NCBI GenBank assembly: GCA_041946805.1
Contig: JBHGBC010000005.1
Location: forward strand, 36,735 to 100,734
Origin: a bacterium
GTDB taxonomy: Bacteria; Hinthialibacterota; Hinthialibacteria; Hinthialibacterales; Hinthialibacteraceae
Direction of reading: 5' to 3'
DNA: 64,000 nucleotides
In this document: positions 62,766 to 64,000 of the stretch, piece by piece
Numbering within the stretch: the first letter of the stretch is position 1
How the letters are laid out: each line of letters begins with the position of its first letter
Position numbers and translations under genes: made by a program
The notes under the pieces: model-generated
The model's database searches: none
What the model saw: only the letters and a program-made list of their open reading frames with translations
What the model was told of the DNA's origin: nothing

Positions 62766-64000
62766 TCACTTCACGCGGTAGAAAACGATTTTTTCCTCGC
62801 GGTTGTCGAGTTGGAGCTGCGGTTCCAGGGGTTCGCAGAAGTCGCGGATGGCCTGGTGCAGGGGATGGATGGCGTAGTAGAGGTGTTTGGTGTTCTTGAG
62901 TATGATTCCCACCCGCTTGTTCATGATATCGTCGCGGACTTTCAAAAACTGATAAATGACCGGATATTCCTTCCGCAGAGCCGGTTCGTTTTGGAACAAG
63001 GCGGCGAGGTCGTAGACGGCCTGGGTGTTGTAATCCACCTCGTACGTGAAATCGCCGGGGCCGCCCGTGGCGCGGACCTGGTTGCGTCCGGGAAGGGAGA
63101 AGGGCAGGGCGCGGGAATGGCTGAACCGTTCCCATTCGTTGAAGTAGGCGTGCGCGAGAATGAAGAGGCAGGTGGCGTTTTGGGCGATCTTGCGCTTGGC
63201 CATGAAGGCGTAATACGGGGGGGAGATGATGGTCTTTTCGGGCGGGCAGTAGCGCTGGATGTAGAGCGTCACCTTGTCCATTTCGGCGCTGGAGAGTTCG
63301 AACACGCCGCTTTCGTAGAAGATCGAGTAGTCGATGGCTCCGCCGGTGAAGGTGCGGTAGAGCAGGGAGGCGGGTTTCATCAGCAGGGCGGGCAGGAACA
63401 GGCAGAGAATGAGAACCGCCTTGCCCAGGTGGAGGGGATTTCGTAAGGCCGTCGCGCGGAACGTGACCCCGGCCGCCAGAAAGAGGTTGACGAGGAAGTA
63501 AGCGGAGAAGACCGCCGCGGCCGGCTCGCCGAGGGTGAAGATGTATTCCACCGTTCCGCCCTTGGTCACGAAGATGATGGAGCCGAGCGAGAAAATGGCC
63601 CACCAGATCATGTAACTCTTGTGCCGCGCGCGGCGTTCGTCACCGGCGTAGAGCAGAATGCCGGCCAGGGCGGCGAGGACGAATCCCCCCTCCCAGAACA
63701 GAATGTCCCCCCCCTCCTGGTATAATTTGCCGGTGAAATAGCTCAAAGCCATGGCCAGGGAATCGGTGGGGTAGGTCCCGACCTGGCGGAAAAAGATGTC
63801 GTCGATGTATTGTCCGTGGCTGTAAATCTCCATGCCCACGAAACCCGCAATTCCCGGCACGAGAAATGCTAGGGAATAGGGGAAGAACAGCCCCCGGAAG
63901 TGTAGCCAAACAAAGAACCACTGCAGGGCGGCATAGGGCAGGGCGGTCATGTTGACGAAGCCGGTGAGGGCCGAGACCAGGGCGGCGAGGTAGAGGGCCG
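62766..64000 (-). CDS. Polytopic membrane protein (possible GT-C glycosyltransferase), 5' end outside the window
   Basis: Frame stays open to the window edge (..ALYLAALVSALTGFVNMTALPY..); many TM helices, then a soluble C-terminal domain. Confidence 0.6.
   Translation of the reverse strand, partial: ALYLAALVSALTGFVNMTALPYAALQWFFVWLHFRGLFFPYSLAFLVPGIAGFVGMEIYSHGQYIDDIFFRQVGTYPTDSLAMALSYFTGKLYQEGGDILFWEGGFVLAALAGILLYAGDERRARHKSYMIWWAIFSLGSIIFVTKGGTVEYIFTLGEPAAAVFSAYFLVNLFLAAGVTFRATALRNPLHLGKAVLILCLFLPALLMKPASLLYRTFTGGAIDYSIFYESGVFELSSAEMDKVTLYIQRYCPPEKTIISPPYYAFMAKRKIAQNATCLFILAHAYFNEWERFSHSRALPFSLPGRNQVRATGGPGDFTYEVDYNTQAVYDLAALFQNEPALRKEYPVIYQFLKVRDDIMNKRVGIILKNTKHLYYAIHPLHQAIRDFCEPLEPQLQLDNREEKIVFYRVK

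Overview
High-GC bacterial chromosome segment from a probable diderm (LpxD-like acyltransferase, O-antigen-ligase-like protein, pseudopilins). It appears to span the replication origin: a DnaA-box/AT-rich region at ~33.07-33.44 kb directly upstream of dnaN, two perfect parS sites and rsmG-parA-parB nearby, and a by-eye switch from C-rich to G-rich + strand. dnaA itself is absent from the window. Housekeeping genes: ndk, tRNA-Met, hemL, comM/yifB, prfB (with the +1 frameshift), metK-ahcY, rfbC/rfbD, comF, cinA, dnaN, dapB, tsaC, dnaE, pdhABC-lpdA-lipB-lipA. Accessory or AT-richer material: (i) a 5.2-7.8 kb islet with a consensus promoter, a structured leader, an exported beta-rich protein, an 11-Cys secreted mini-protein and a pseudo-receiver/wHTH regulator, which is my best candidate for an undescribed system; (ii) an IetA/IetS-type AAA ATPase + S8 protease pair behind dnaE; (iii) an orphan DNA methyltransferase bracketed by REP-like palindromes inside the pdh operon. 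A second DnaA-box cluster lies ~11.5 kb from the origin, one parS is embedded in the dapB coding sequence, and many intergenic spaces are stacked mosaics of several short palindromic repeat families. All calls come from reading motifs by eye; no searches or computations were run.
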